A DNA stretch of 64,000 nt from an uncultured Alphaproteobacteria bacterium (GTDB lineage Bacteria; Pseudomonadota; Alphaproteobacteria; Rhizobiales; Xanthobacteraceae): positions 143,277-207,276 of the forward strand of contig CAWEAS010000012.1 of assembly GCA_963807015.1 (NCBI GenBank), written 5' to 3'. The notes under the pieces are model-generated. The model made no database searches and was not told where the DNA came from. It saw nothing but the letters and a program-made list of their open reading frames with translations. The first letter of the stretch is position 1. The number at the start of each line of letters is the position of its first letter. Both the position numbers and the translations under genes were made by a program. Positions 1 through 10,633 of this stretch are shown here, in pieces.

Positions 1-274
1 GCAACTCATGGAACACTGGCGTCAGGTCATGCCGAACGTCATGCTCGAAATCGATTACGAGGATGTCGTCGCTGATCTCGAATCGCAAGCCCGGCGTATC
101 GTCGCTTATTGTGACCTTGCGTGGGACGACGCGTGCCTCGATTTCCATCGAACCGTGCGATCAATCCGCACTGCGAGTGCGCGACAGGTCCGGCAGCCGA
201 TCTATCGATCCTCTGTCGGACGCTGGCGCGAGCATGAAGAAGCGTTGCAGCCGCTGCTCGAAGCGCTCGGGTGA
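1..274 (+). CDS. sulfotransferase-family protein, C-terminal fragment (gene begins upstream of window)
   Basis: The ORF runs in frame from the window edge. The C-terminal residues (FHRTVRSIRTASARQVRQPIYRSSVGRWREHEEAL) resemble the conserved tail of TPR/sulfotransferase-family proteins. Confidence 0.45.
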   Translation, partial: QLMEHWRQVMPNVMLEIDYEDVVADLESQARRIVAYCDLAWDDACLDFHRTVRSIRTASARQVRQPIYRSSVGRWREHEEALQPLLEALG

Positions 275-323
275 CATGCACCACCGAGTTACGCGACGAA
301 CGAAATATCGGACACCTGGAATC

Positions 324-355
324 AAGACGGCCTCGGAGCATTCCGAGGCCGTCTT
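324..355. terminator. perfect 14-bp inverted repeat hairpin (AAGACGGCCTCGGA-gcat-TCCGAGGCCGTCTT) between convergent genes; candidate bidirectional terminator
   Basis: Seen directly in the sequence. There is no T-tract, which is common in high-GC alphaproteobacteria. Confidence 0.45.
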
Positions 356-384
356 AACGTGACGTCTATGCGCCCGAGCGCGCG

Positions 385-1128
385 CTATCTGCCCCAGAAA
401 TGATAATTCAAGCCAATCTCGAACGTTTCCAGCGTCTGGCTGGTGTTGACATGGAAGGGCCCGTTACCAACGACTGCGTTGCCGATGAAAGGCACGCTCT
501 GATTGCCAAAGTTGTAGTAGTTGGTTTCGACGAAGACCGACCAGCTCGGAGCAAACGCGAACTCCAAGCCCGAACCGAGCGTCCAGCCGAGCCGAGTCGC
601 TTGCGGCGTACCCAAGGTCGCACCGCTGTTTTCGATCTCGAATTTATTGTGGCCCCAGGCGAAACCACCCTTCCCGTAAATGAGGAAACGATCGTACGTC
701 CAGCCGAGCCGGGCGGTCGTGCTCCCGAACCAGTCGACCCGATCGCGAAGGGTCCAGGTGGAGTTGAACTGGTCCATGTTGGTGCCGGTGATGCTCGAAT
801 AATCGACCATCGCCTGCAGACCAATCACATAGTTGGGACCGATCTGGTAGTCGCAGCCCAGCTGGCCGCCGATAGTGCCACCTGACATATCGGTGTTGGC
901 GGTCCTGAAGCCACCGAAGGCATCGATGTCGCCGGGAACGTCGACGTCCTGCATGGTCGTTTGCCCGGTACCGAGGCCCGATCGTGTACCTGCGTAGCAA
1001 CCCGTCCAACTAAAGACGGGCGGCGCGGTCAGAGGCGCCCTGTAGGGGACCCCGAGATCAGCGCCGTTTGCTGGCATCGCCGCGAGAGCCGCAGCGCCCG
1101 CAAGCAGCGTCAAGACCAATCTGTTCAT
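385..1128 (-). CDS. porin-family outer-membrane beta-barrel protein (Omp25/RopB-like)
   Basis: Signal peptide MNRLVLTLLAGAAALAAMPANGA. GGGGGAG RBS upstream of the internal ATG at 1128; the track ORF starts 8 codons earlier. Aromatic-rich beta-strand pattern, C-terminal HFWGR-like ending. Confidence 0.75.
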   Translation of the reverse strand: MNRLVLTLLAGAAALAAMPANGADLGVPYRAPLTAPPVFSWTGCYAGTRSGLGTGQTTMQDVDVPGDIDAFGGFRTANTDMSGGTIGGQLGCDYQIGPNYVIGLQAMVDYSSITGTNMDQFNSTWTLRDRVDWFGSTTARLGWTYDRFLIYGKGGFAWGHNKFEIENSGATLGTPQATRLGWTLGSGLEFAFAPSWSVFVETNYYNFGNQSVPFIGNAVVGNGPFHVNTSQTLETFEIGLNYHFWGR

Positions 1129-1543
1129 GTGGCTCCCCCAGCGAATATCCATCGCTGGGACCAGTAGCCGCCCCCACCGTTAATTGTTTCTGAATCACGC
1201 GGTCGAATTTTCGCGACGACAGGGGATTGCGCGCGAGACGTGTCGGCTGTGCAACATCGGAATGTTCACCGCTGGCGTCGCTCATCGCAACTCAACACGG
1301 TTCTCCGCTTTGATCGAACGAACGGTAGCGTGCAACCGTTCGATCTGTCGGCGGGCACCCAGGCTCGCGATTGGCGGCTGCAATTCTATCGCAAGGAAAC
1401 TCTTTGGGATCAAAGCAGTAGTGCCTCGTTGATGCGGACGGCATTCGGGAACTGACGGCAGTACTTTGCGGCTCGCATACTGACGGTATTTCAGATATTG
1501 GGTCTTTCGGGCATCGGGGTCGAAGCGGGGTTTTGGGGAAAGC

Positions 1544-4126
1544 ATGCTTCAAAAGGCGATTGTTGGAGTCGTCGGCGTCTGCATCCGGCGACCGTGGTGG
1601 GTCATCGTGCTCGCGCTCGCGCTCGCAACAGGGTCGGGCATCTACGCTGCGCGCAATTTCGCAATCGTAACGGACACCACTGCGCTTATCTCTCCCGACC
1701 TACCGTGGGCGCAACGCGCCTTCCGTTATATGCAGGACTTCCCCCAGCGTCAGATCCTGGTGGTCCTCGACGCGCCGACGCCGGAGATCGCTGAGCAGGC
1801 TGCGACGAAGCTTGCGAAGGCCCTGCAGGATCGTCCCGACCGCTTCCGTGCGGTGAGCGAGCCGGGCAGCGGCGGCTTCTTTGAACAAAACGGACTGCTG
1901 TTCCTGCCGACCGAACAGGTGGAAAGCCTGACCAGCGGCTTGGCCAAAGCAGAGGCCCTCCTCAAATCACTCGCTACCGATCTAAGCCTGCGAGGAGCCC
2001 TCGACGCGCTGTCGCTCACGCTCACAGGAGTCGAAATCAAGCGGGTGACGCTCGACGATATGGTGCGCCCACTCACCATGGCCTCCGACACAGCAGAAGG
2101 AGCGCTTGCCGACCGCCGCGTCCCCTTCTCCTGGCTCGTCATGGCAAGCGGTAAGCCGGCCGATCCGCGCAGTTTGCGGCGCTTTCTGCTTATCGAGCCG
2201 GTGCTCGACTTTACTGCGCTCCAGCCTGGACGCGCGGCAACCGACGCCATCGAACGGATTGCCTCCGACTTGAAACTGCAGAGCGATTATGGGGTGCGGG
2301 TGCGGCAGACCGGCCAGATCCCCATGAACGACGAACAATTGGGATCGATCAGGCAGAACGCAGAGATCAATGCCGCGCTGACGCTGCTCGCGGTGCTCAT
2401 CATTCTGCGGCTGGCGCTGCGATCATGGCGCATCATCTTTGCCGTAGCTGTCAGCCTCTTCATCGGACTTGCCGTATCGACCGCCGCGGGTCTGCTGATG
2501 GTTGGCGCGCTGAACGTCATCTCGGTCGCATTTTTCGTGCTCTTCGTCGGCCTTGGTGTCGATTTCGGAATCCAGTTCAGCGTGCGCTACCGTGCCGAGC
2601 GCCACGACGAAGCCGATCTGCACAAGGCGCTACTCAGCGCCGCCGCGAAGGCCGGCGGTCCGCTGGCACTTGCCGCTGCGGCAACCGCGGTCGGCTTTGC
2701 ATCGTTCCTCCCGACCGCCTATCGCGGTCTCTCCGAACTCGGTGCGATCGCCGGGGTGGGTATGATCCTCGCCTTCATCGCGAGCATTACGGTGCTGCCT
2801 GCGCTGATTGCGATCCTCAACCCGGCAGGCGAGCCTCACGCTGTCGGATTTGCTTGGCTCGCCCCAGTCGATCGCTTTCTGGAGCGGCATCGCATCGGCG
2901 TCGTCGGAACAACGATCGCGGTCGTAGTGCTTTCATCGCCCCTGCTGCTCTATTTGCCGTTCGATTTTGATCCGGATCATCTGCAAAGCCCGAAGGTCGA
3001 GGCGGTTGCCACCTATCTCGAGTTGCGGCGCGATCCGCAGACGGGCGCGAAGGCGATTGAAGTGATTGCGCCCAATCTCGCCGCGGCGAACGCGTTGGCA
3101 CAACGCCTCGCGGCGCTGCCCCAGGTCGGCCAGGCGAACACGCTGAGCCATCTCGTCCCCGCCGATCAAGACGTGAAGCTCGAAATGATCCGAACCGCAG
3201 CAAAAGCGGTCAACATGTCGCTCAATCCCGACAGCACCGACCCGCCGCCCACCGATGCGGAAACGGTGAAGGCGTTGTCCGATACTGCGGAGGGCCTGCT
3301 CAAGGCTGCCGGCACCTCGCAAGGCCCGGGGGCCGATGCCGCGCGGCGGCTCGCCGGACTGCTGTCACAACTGGCCGCCGCAGATCCGGCAGCGCGCCAG
3401 CGAGTGGAGACCGCGATTGTCGCACCGATGCGGTACACGCTCGATCTGTTACGCAACGAACTCAAAGCGGAGAAAATTACCGAGCAGTCGATCCCATCGG
3501 ATCTTGCCCGCGAGTGGATCACACCGGATGGCCGTGCTCGAGTCGAAGTTTTGCCCAAAGGCGATCCTGACGACATCGCGACGTTACGTGATTTCGTCAC
3601 CGCGGTTCTGGCCGCTGCACCTGATGCCACCGGTCCTGCCGTCCTGCTTTATGAAGCAGGACTGACAGTCGTCCACGCATTCCTCGAATCGGGGATATTC
3701 GCGCTCACTGCGATTGGGCTGTTGCTCTACATTGCGCTCCGTCGCGTTGGCGACGTCCTGCTCACGCTTTTACCGTTGATCGTCGCAGGCGCCGTCACGT
3801 TGGAACTCTGTGTCGTTCTCGATCTTCCGCTCAACTTCGCGAATGTCATCGCGTTGCCGCTGCTGCTTGGAGTCGGCGTCGCATTCAAAATTTACTACAT
3901 CGTCGCGTGGCGCGCCGGAAAGACTGCCCTGCTCCAGTCGAGCCTGACGCGTGCGGTCGTGTTCAGCGCAATGACAACCGCCACCGCATTCGGGAGTCTG
4001 TGGCTCTCAAGTCACCCAGGCACCTCCAGCATGGGAAAATTGATGGCGCTTTCGCTCGCCTGTACCATGGCCGCCGCAGTCCTCTTTCAACCCGCACTGA
4101 TGGGACCGCCCAGAAAGACAAGCTAG
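1544..4126 (+). CDS. hpnN: hopanoid-biosynthesis-associated RND/MMPL transporter HpnN
   Basis: 860 aa. The N-terminus (MLQKAIVGVVGVCIRRPWWVIVLALALATGSGIYAARNFAIVTDTTALISPDLPWAQRA...DFPQRQILVVLDAPTPEIAEQAA) matches the HpnN family. Twelve-TM MMPL architecture. Confidence 0.8.
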   Translation: MLQKAIVGVVGVCIRRPWWVIVLALALATGSGIYAARNFAIVTDTTALISPDLPWAQRAFRYMQDFPQRQILVVLDAPTPEIAEQAATKLAKALQDRPDRFRAVSEPGSGGFFEQNGLLFLPTEQVESLTSGLAKAEALLKSLATDLSLRGALDALSLTLTGVEIKRVTLDDMVRPLTMASDTAEGALADRRVPFSWLVMASGKPADPRSLRRFLLIEPVLDFTALQPGRAATDAIERIASDLKLQSDYGVRVRQTGQIPMNDEQLGSIRQNAEINAALTLLAVLIILRLALRSWRIIFAVAVSLFIGLAVSTAAGLLMVGALNVISVAFFVLFVGLGVDFGIQFSVRYRAERHDEADLHKALLSAAAKAGGPLALAAAATAVGFASFLPTAYRGLSELGAIAGVGMILAFIASITVLPALIAILNPAGEPHAVGFAWLAPVDRFLERHRIGVVGTTIAVVVLSSPLLLYLPFDFDPDHLQSPKVEAVATYLELRRDPQTGAKAIEVIAPNLAAANALAQRLAALPQVGQANTLSHLVPADQDVKLEMIRTAAKAVNMSLNPDSTDPPPTDAETVKALSDTAEGLLKAAGTSQGPGADAARRLAGLLSQLAAADPAARQRVETAIVAPMRYTLDLLRNELKAEKITEQSIPSDLAREWITPDGRARVEVLPKGDPDDIATLRDFVTAVLAAAPDATGPAVLLYEAGLTVVHAFLESGIFALTAIGLLLYIALRRVGDVLLTLLPLIVAGAVTLELCVVLDLPLNFANVIALPLLLGVGVAFKIYYIVAWRAGKTALLQSSLTRAVVFSAMTTATAFGSLWLSSHPGTSSMGKLMALSLACTMAAAVLFQPALMGPPRKTS

Positions 4127-5340
4127 TGGCTAGGGAAACGCACGCCTCCTCGCCGAGCCTCGCTCTCAATAATCTGCGCGGCATCGTGATTCTGATCGTG
4201 CTGGCGTTCCACTCGGTGCTTGCGTATTTGCGCTACGGACCCGCCGCCCCGCTTCCGCTCGACCAGCCGCCCTACATGTGGCGCAGCTTTCCGATCGTCG
4301 ACAGCGAGCGCTGGTTCGGGTTCGATTTGTTTTGCGCGCTTCAGGATGTCTATCTCATTTCGCTCATGTTCTTTCTCTCGGGGCTCTTCGTGTGGAAGAG
4401 TCTCGCCCGGAGAGGCAGCCGCGTATTTCTGGTCGAACGCTTGATGCGCCTTGGCCTGCCGTGCGCTCTTGTGGTGCTGTTCCTGCAGCCGATCGCGCAC
4501 TACCCGGTTTACCTGCAGACCGCGACTGACCCGAGCCTGTCCGCGTTCTGGCAGCACTGGATGGCGTTACCGTTCTGGCCAAGTGGGCCACCGTGGTTCC
4601 TGTGGATCCTGTTGTTCTTCGATTTGACGGCTGCAGCGTTGTTCGCCTTCGCACGCGGAACTGGGCCTTTCTTGGCCCGCCTGAGTGCGGACCCGGCTCG
4701 TTTTGTTGTTATTCTGCTTGCAGCTTCTGCTGTCGCCTATATTCCGCTCGCCCTCGCCTTTACGCCCTGGGAGTGGAAACAAATCGGTCCATTCGCGTTC
4801 CAACTCAGCCGGCCGCTGCACTACGCCGTCTATTTCTTCGGCGGCGTCGGTGTGGGTGCATATGGGATAGATCGTGGCCTCCTTGCACCGGACGGCTGGC
4901 TTGTGCAGCGCTGGCGCACCGCGCTGGCTGCCACCGTGGTGACTTACCTGGCCTGGCTGGGAGCAACGGGGCTTGCGGTCCAAAGCAACGGAACGGCACC
5001 GATTTGGGTGCAGTTGCTCGCGGCTTCGTGCTTCATTCTGTGCTGCGGCGCCGGCTCGCTTTGTCTGCTCGCGTTCGTCATTCGTTTCGGCAATCGACGA
5101 TGGCCGCGCTTCGACATCTTCAACGAGAACGCCTACGGCCTCTATCTCGTTCATTACGTCTTCGTGGTATGGCTGCAATTTGCGATGTTGAGCGTGCCTA
5201 TCTTCGCGTTTGCCAAGGGACTTGCCGTCTTCCTCGGCACATTGGTCCTGAGCCTCCTATTCGTAGCGATCATCCGGCGCATGCCGGTGGCGGCACGGAT
5301 TATCGGCTCCGAAGGGCGCGCAGTGCCGACCGTTCGGTGA
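4126..5340 (+). CDS. acyltransferase family 3 (OafA/OatA/NolL-like) integral membrane protein
   Basis: NNLRGIVILIVLAFHS N-terminal motif and about 10 hydrophobic helices. The GTG start overlaps the hpnN stop (TAGTG). The track ORF start at 3907 lies inside hpnN and is rejected. Confidence 0.65.
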   Translation: MARETHASSPSLALNNLRGIVILIVLAFHSVLAYLRYGPAAPLPLDQPPYMWRSFPIVDSERWFGFDLFCALQDVYLISLMFFLSGLFVWKSLARRGSRVFLVERLMRLGLPCALVVLFLQPIAHYPVYLQTATDPSLSAFWQHWMALPFWPSGPPWFLWILLFFDLTAAALFAFARGTGPFLARLSADPARFVVILLAASAVAYIPLALAFTPWEWKQIGPFAFQLSRPLHYAVYFFGGVGVGAYGIDRGLLAPDGWLVQRWRTALAATVVTYLAWLGATGLAVQSNGTAPIWVQLLAASCFILCCGAGSLCLLAFVIRFGNRRWPRFDIFNENAYGLYLVHYVFVVWLQFAMLSVPIFAFAKGLAVFLGTLVLSLLFVAIIRRMPVAARIIGSEGRAVPTVR

Positions 5341-5376
5341 GGCGCTGCGGCGATCGCAGATCATGACAAAGCTTTC

Positions 5377-6267
5377 ATGAGCCTGAGATCTGAAGCAGTG
5401 CGTCTAGCCTTGCGTTGGCTCATCAAGCGTCAGGGGGGACGGCCTTCGATCAAAGATGTGCGCATCAGTATGGCCGCGCTCGCGGCCAAGGTACCCCGCC
5501 CACCCGCCGGAACGGAAGTCACGGCACTCAACGGTATCCCGGGCGATCACATCGCGACGCGCGAGTCGCTGCCGGACCGACACGTCCTCTATCTGCACGG
5601 CGGCGGATACGTCGCCGGCTCGCCGGCGCTGTATCGCCAATTCACCCACCGTGTTGCAACGGCGACCCGAGCCCGAGTCCGATGCATCGATTATCGTCTC
5701 GCGCCTGAGAATCCGTTTCCCGCCGCCCTCAACGATGCAGTGGCGGCTTATCGCCAACTTTTGGCGGACGGGGCGCACCCGCGGCGGATCGCGATCATCG
5801 GGGATTCGGCAGGAGGCGGCCTCACGCTCGCGACCACGATGAAGCTCCGCGACGACGGCTTACCTCTGCCCGCGGCGGCTGTCGCGCTCTCGCCGTGGAC
5901 CGATCTTGCGTTAACCGGTGCATCGATGCGCTCGAATGCTCGGTCAGATCCCATGCTGAGCCCTGCCGAGACGATGCGGTGCTCCACCTGCTACCTTGGC
6001 GACGCTGACCCGCGGACGCCGTACGCGTCACCGCTCTACGGCGATCCACAAGGCCTGCCGCCGACGCTCATTCATGTCGGCAGCGATGAGATGCTGCATG
6101 ACAACTCGGTGCGAATGGCCGAGCGGATGCGCGCCGTCAGCTGCAGGGTCGAGCTCGAGGTATGGCAGCGCATGCCGCACGTCTGGCACGTGTTCGCGCC
6201 GTTTGTTCCCGAGTCACAGCGCGCAATCACGCGGATCGGCGCATTTGTTGATCGGTGGATGGACTGA
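5377..6267 (+). CDS. alpha/beta hydrolase, HSL/fold-3 esterase-lipase family
   Basis: HGGGY oxyanion motif, GDSAGG nucleophile elbow, and a downstream D...H pair. Confidence 0.75.
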   Translation: MSLRSEAVRLALRWLIKRQGGRPSIKDVRISMAALAAKVPRPPAGTEVTALNGIPGDHIATRESLPDRHVLYLHGGGYVAGSPALYRQFTHRVATATRARVRCIDYRLAPENPFPAALNDAVAAYRQLLADGAHPRRIAIIGDSAGGGLTLATTMKLRDDGLPLPAAAVALSPWTDLALTGASMRSNARSDPMLSPAETMRCSTCYLGDADPRTPYASPLYGDPQGLPPTLIHVGSDEMLHDNSVRMAERMRAVSCRVELEVWQRMPHVWHVFAPFVPESQRAITRIGAFVDRWMD

Positions 6268-6290
6268 AAGAGAAGCCGGCCTTCAGCCCG

Positions 6291-9059
6291 TTATCCCACC
6301 TGCTTCAGCCGCTCCAGCGCTTCCTGTATTTTGGCTCGGCGCGCCACCGCTTCTTCGCGTTTTTCGCGGTCTCCCTCCACCACCTCTTCGGGCGCCCGCG
6401 CAATGAAGTCGGGATTGCCGAGTTTCGCGTCGATACGCGCAATATCCGCCGCCGCCTTCTGATCCTCTTTTTCGAGCCGCAACTTCTCCGCCCCGAGATC
6501 GACGATCCCCTTCAGCGGCAGCGCCACCGTCTCTCCCCGGACCAGAAGTTGGACCGCACCCCGTGGGGCCGCGCTCTCTGTACCGATATCCGAAATTCGC
6601 CCCATTCGTTTAATGACGTCGCCCCAGCGCTGCGCCCGTTGCTCAGTTGCACTCGAGACGCCGGTCAGCAGCAGCGGTATTTGCATGGCCGGAGCGACGT
6701 TCATCTCGGTGCGCACCGAGCGTATCGCTGTGATCAAATCGACCACCCAGCCGATTTCGGTTTCCGCCGCCTCATCTTCAAGTCCGGCCAGCACAGGCCA
6801 TGGCGATAACGCCAGAAGGTCGGGGCGGGCAACACCGCCCTCAGCGGTGACCGTCCATAGCTCCTCGGTTATGAACGGCATGAAGGGGTGCAGCAACGCG
6901 AGAATCTGATCGCGCACCCACGCCACCATCGCCTGGGTCTCATTCTTGGCCTCGCTGTCGGGACCAAGCAAAACTGGCTTTGCAAGCTCGAGATACCAGT
7001 CGCAGTAGATGTTCCACACGAAGCGATAAAGGGCATTGGCGGCATCGTTGAAGCGATAGCCCTCCAGCGCCTCCGTCACTGCCTCCGCCGCCTTCGCTGT
7101 CTCATGTCCGATCCAGCGGTTGAGCGTTTCCTGTGCCTCCTGCGGAGCAAACCCCGCCAGAGTTGCGCAGCCATTCATCTCGGCGAAGCGGCACGCGTTC
7201 CACAGCTTGGTCGCGAAGTTGCGCGAACCCTCGACCCGGGACGTCGAAAGCTTGACGTCGCGGCCCTGCGCCGCGATCGCCGCGAGCGTGAAGCGCAGCG
7301 CGTCCGCGCCGTACTGGTCAATCAGCCCAAGGGGATCGATGACGTTGCCTTTCGACTTCGACATCTTGGCGCCCTTCTCGTCACGGACGAGCGCGTGGAT
7401 GTAGACGGTCGAAAACGGCGTCTTCTTCATGAAGTGGAGGCCCATCATCATCATTCTGGCGACCCAGAAGAAAATGATGTCGAAAGCGGTAACGAGCGTG
7501 TCGGTCGGATAGTATCGCGCGAGCTCAGGCGTCTCGTCGGGCCAGCCCAACGTGGAGAAAGGCCATAGCGCCGACGAGAACCAGGTGTCGAGCACGTCCT
7601 CGTCACGAATGAGGAACGGCTCCCGGCTTGCAGGATCGAGCGCCATATCATGCCCCTGCATGGGCGTGATCGCCTCGGTCTCTGCATAATAGCCGAGCGC
7701 TCGCGACACCGCCTCGTCTTCGGTCTCGGCGACAAAAATCTTGCCGTCAGGGCCATACCAGGCGGGAATCTGGTGGCCCCACCACAGCTGGCGCGAGATG
7801 CACCACGGCTCGATGTTTTCCATCCAATCGAAAAAGGTCTTTTCCCAGCTCTCAGGCACGAACTTGGTGCGTCCGGCACGCACGGCCGCAATCGCCGGGG
7901 CCGCGAGCGTCTTGGCGTCGACGTACCATTGGTCGGTCAGGAACGGTTCGATGACCGCGCCCGAGCGGTCGCCGTGCGGCACTGCGTGGACATGCGGCTC
8001 GGTCTTCACGAGCAGTCCGAGTGCATCGAGCCGCTCGACGATCTTCTTGCGCGCCTCGAAGCGGTCGAGACCGTGGAGCGCCAAGATCTCAGTTAGTTCA
8101 GCCAATTCAGGCACGCCTTCGAGAAAGGCCGAATTTCCATCGAGGTCGAGCCGCGCTTCTTTATCGAGCACATTGACCATCGCCAGGTGATGACGACGCC
8201 CGACCTCGAAATCGTTAAAGTCGTGCGCGGGCGTGATCTTCACGGCGCCCGTGCCCTTCTCGGGATCGGCATATTCATCGCCGATGATCGGAATCCGGCG
8301 GCCGACCAGCGGCAGAATGACGTGCCGACCGATCAGGTGCTTCAGCCGTTCGTTGTCCGGATGCACGGCGACGGCGGTGTCGCCAAGCATGGTCTCGGGC
8401 CGCGTCGTCGCGACGATGATCGCCTCGTCCGATCGTTCGATCGGATAGCGGATGTACCACAAGCTGCCCTTGAGCTCGATCTGCTGCACCTCGAGATCAG
8501 AGATCGCGGTAATGAGCTTCGGATCCCAATTAACAAGGCGCTTGTCCTTATAGATGAGGCCCTCGTTGTATAGCGCCACGAAGACTTTGAGGACGGCGCG
8601 CGAGAGCCCCTCGTCCATGGTGAATCGCTCACGCGACCAATCGCAGGAAGCCCCGAGGCGCTTCAATTGATTAATGATGACGCCGCCCGACTCTGCTTTC
8701 CACGACCACACCTTTTCCAAGAACTTCTCTCGGCCGAGTTCCCGACGCGGCGGCTCCTGCCGCTCCATGAGCTGACGCTCGACGACCATCTGAGTGGAAA
8801 TGCCCGCGTGATCGGTGCCGGGCTGCCACAACACATCGCGGCCGCGCATGCGTTCGAAACGGCACAGCACGTCCTGCAACGTGTTGTTCAGTGCGTGACC
8901 GATGTGCAGCGAACCGGTGACATTGGGCGGCGGGATGACGATCGTGAAGGGTTTGGCGTGACGGCGTTCCGGGCGGCCGGCCGCAAAAGCCTGGGCATCC
9001 GCCCAGGCAGCCGATATCCGGTGCTCAATTTCGTGCGGTTGGTAATTTTTTTCGATCAT
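6291..9059 (-). CDS. valS: valine--tRNA ligase
   Basis: PPPNVTGSLHIGHALNNTLQD (HIGH region), the KMSKS motif (GAKMSKSKGNVIDP), 922 aa, and a C-terminal coiled coil. Confidence 0.95.
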   Translation of the reverse strand: MIEKNYQPHEIEHRISAAWADAQAFAAGRPERRHAKPFTIVIPPPNVTGSLHIGHALNNTLQDVLCRFERMRGRDVLWQPGTDHAGISTQMVVERQLMERQEPPRRELGREKFLEKVWSWKAESGGVIINQLKRLGASCDWSRERFTMDEGLSRAVLKVFVALYNEGLIYKDKRLVNWDPKLITAISDLEVQQIELKGSLWYIRYPIERSDEAIIVATTRPETMLGDTAVAVHPDNERLKHLIGRHVILPLVGRRIPIIGDEYADPEKGTGAVKITPAHDFNDFEVGRRHHLAMVNVLDKEARLDLDGNSAFLEGVPELAELTEILALHGLDRFEARKKIVERLDALGLLVKTEPHVHAVPHGDRSGAVIEPFLTDQWYVDAKTLAAPAIAAVRAGRTKFVPESWEKTFFDWMENIEPWCISRQLWWGHQIPAWYGPDGKIFVAETEDEAVSRALGYYAETEAITPMQGHDMALDPASREPFLIRDEDVLDTWFSSALWPFSTLGWPDETPELARYYPTDTLVTAFDIIFFWVARMMMMGLHFMKKTPFSTVYIHALVRDEKGAKMSKSKGNVIDPLGLIDQYGADALRFTLAAIAAQGRDVKLSTSRVEGSRNFATKLWNACRFAEMNGCATLAGFAPQEAQETLNRWIGHETAKAAEAVTEALEGYRFNDAANALYRFVWNIYCDWYLELAKPVLLGPDSEAKNETQAMVAWVRDQILALLHPFMPFITEELWTVTAEGGVARPDLLALSPWPVLAGLEDEAAETEIGWVVDLITAIRSVRTEMNVAPAMQIPLLLTGVSSATEQRAQRWGDVIKRMGRISDIGTESAAPRGAVQLLVRGETVALPLKGIVDLGAEKLRLEKEDQKAAADIARIDAKLGNPDFIARAPEEVVEGDREKREEAVARRAKIQEALERLKQVG

Positions 9060-9424
9060 TTCAGGCTCGAAGTACTGCGGGCATCGCGGCGATGCGCCAA
9101 CAAGCCCGGCGTTATCCGTGTTGTCAACGTCCGGAGCGTCGCGCGAGGCAGCCCACGGCCCACGTCACGCGGGATGGGTTGTTGGTCCCTTCGCCATTGT
9201 CACCGGAATAATCGCATAGGACAGCGGCGGAGCGGTGTTCTCCGTTAGCTGTGTTGTGCGTGTACAGCCATCGGCGCGGCAACCACGCCCATCAGGACGG
9301 TTCATCGATCGCATGCTTGCACGACATGGCGGATTAGCAAGGCTACATGGTCGGCTTTCGGCACGTTGCAGTATAGTGGTTTTAATGCCGCTCCAGCAAA
9401 GTCGCTGCATCATCCAAGGAAATC

Positions 9425-10630
9425 GTGCTCGCGCCTTCCCCCACTATCCCGGTTCCCTCTCAAACCCGCGCGATCGTGCTGCTGGCCGTCGCTGGGTTCG
9501 CGAGCCAGGCGATGGTTCGGGTGGCGGATTCCCTGCTGCCGCAGATCGCTGCGGACTTTGGCGTCACCGTTGGAGCTGCATCGATCGTGGTATCGGCCTA
9601 CGCGGTCGTGCATGGGTCCATGCAGCTCGTCACCGGACCAGTCGGCGATCGGCTCGGCAAATATCGCATGATCGCCATCGCGACGGCTTGCGCCTCGGCG
9701 ATGGTACTTCTCTGCGGTCTCACAAAGTCGCTACTCGCGTTGACAATGGCGCGAATAGCATGCGCCACCTGTGCCGCCTGGATCATTCCGCTCGGCATGG
9801 CTTATATCGGCGACGTCGTCCAATATGAGAGGCGTCAACAGGTCCTTGGACGATATCTGACAGGCCAGATCTTCGGGCAGCTGTTCGGCCAGGCCGCCGG
9901 CGGGATCATTGGAGATCTGCTGGGCTGGCGTTCGGTGTTCTATCTGCTGTCGGCCTTGTTCGCGCTCGCAGCACTCGGCCTGTTCCACGAATTGATGGTC
10001 AATCCGCTGACCCAGCAGCCACCGAAAATTGCGACCACGCAACAGAGCGTCATCGCCGATTATCGTCGCATTCTGGCGGGCCGATGGGCGCGGATCATGC
10101 TCGTTGCTGTATTCCTGGAGGGCGCCCTGATGTTCGGCCCCTTCGCCTATATCGGCGCCGATCTTCATCATCGGTTTGGGCTTACGTTTACTTGGGTTGG
10201 AATCGTCATCGCCTTTTTCGGCGCCGGGGGGCTGATCTATGCGGGCGCGGTGCGCCAGCTCTTCGGTCGTTTCGGCGAGACTGGATTGGCGGCCTACGGC
10301 GGCACGACCCTCGGAATCGCCTACCTGATGCTCGCCTTTGCGCCGGCGTGGTGGACAACACCGTTCGCCGTTATCCTCATCGGTCTCGGTTTCTATATGC
10401 TGCACAATACGCTGCAGACCAACGCCACCCAGATGGCACCGCAGGCGCGCGCGACAGGCGTCTGCTTGTTTTCCGCCGCGCTTTATCTTGGCCAACCCAC
10501 GGGCGTCGCGTTGGTTGCACCGGCCGTCGACCGATTCGGTGCGGTGCCGGTATTCATCACCGCCGGCCTGTTACTGCCAATGCTGGGCTTATGGTTTGCG
10601 AAGCGGCTCGCCGTTCACCGCGCAAGCTAG
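9425..10630 (+). CDS. MFS transporter
   Basis: 12 predicted TM helices and 401 aa. AAGGA RBS six nt before the GTG start. Confidence 0.7.
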   Translation: MLAPSPTIPVPSQTRAIVLLAVAGFASQAMVRVADSLLPQIAADFGVTVGAASIVVSAYAVVHGSMQLVTGPVGDRLGKYRMIAIATACASAMVLLCGLTKSLLALTMARIACATCAAWIIPLGMAYIGDVVQYERRQQVLGRYLTGQIFGQLFGQAAGGIIGDLLGWRSVFYLLSALFALAALGLFHELMVNPLTQQPPKIATTQQSVIADYRRILAGRWARIMLVAVFLEGALMFGPFAYIGADLHHRFGLTFTWVGIVIAFFGAGGLIYAGAVRQLFGRFGETGLAAYGGTTLGIAYLMLAFAPAWWTTPFAVILIGLGFYMLHNTLQTNATQMAPQARATGVCLFSAALYLGQPTGVALVAPAVDRFGAVPVFITAGLLLPMLGLWFAKRLAVHRAS

Positions 10631-10633
10631 AGG

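Noticed and set aside
3907-4125. N-terminal extension of the acyltransferase ORF overlapping the end of hpnN
   Set aside because: The track ORF merely lacks an upstream stop. The conserved acyltransferase-3 N-terminus (NNLRGIVIL...) begins right after the hpnN stop, where an overlapping GTG is available.
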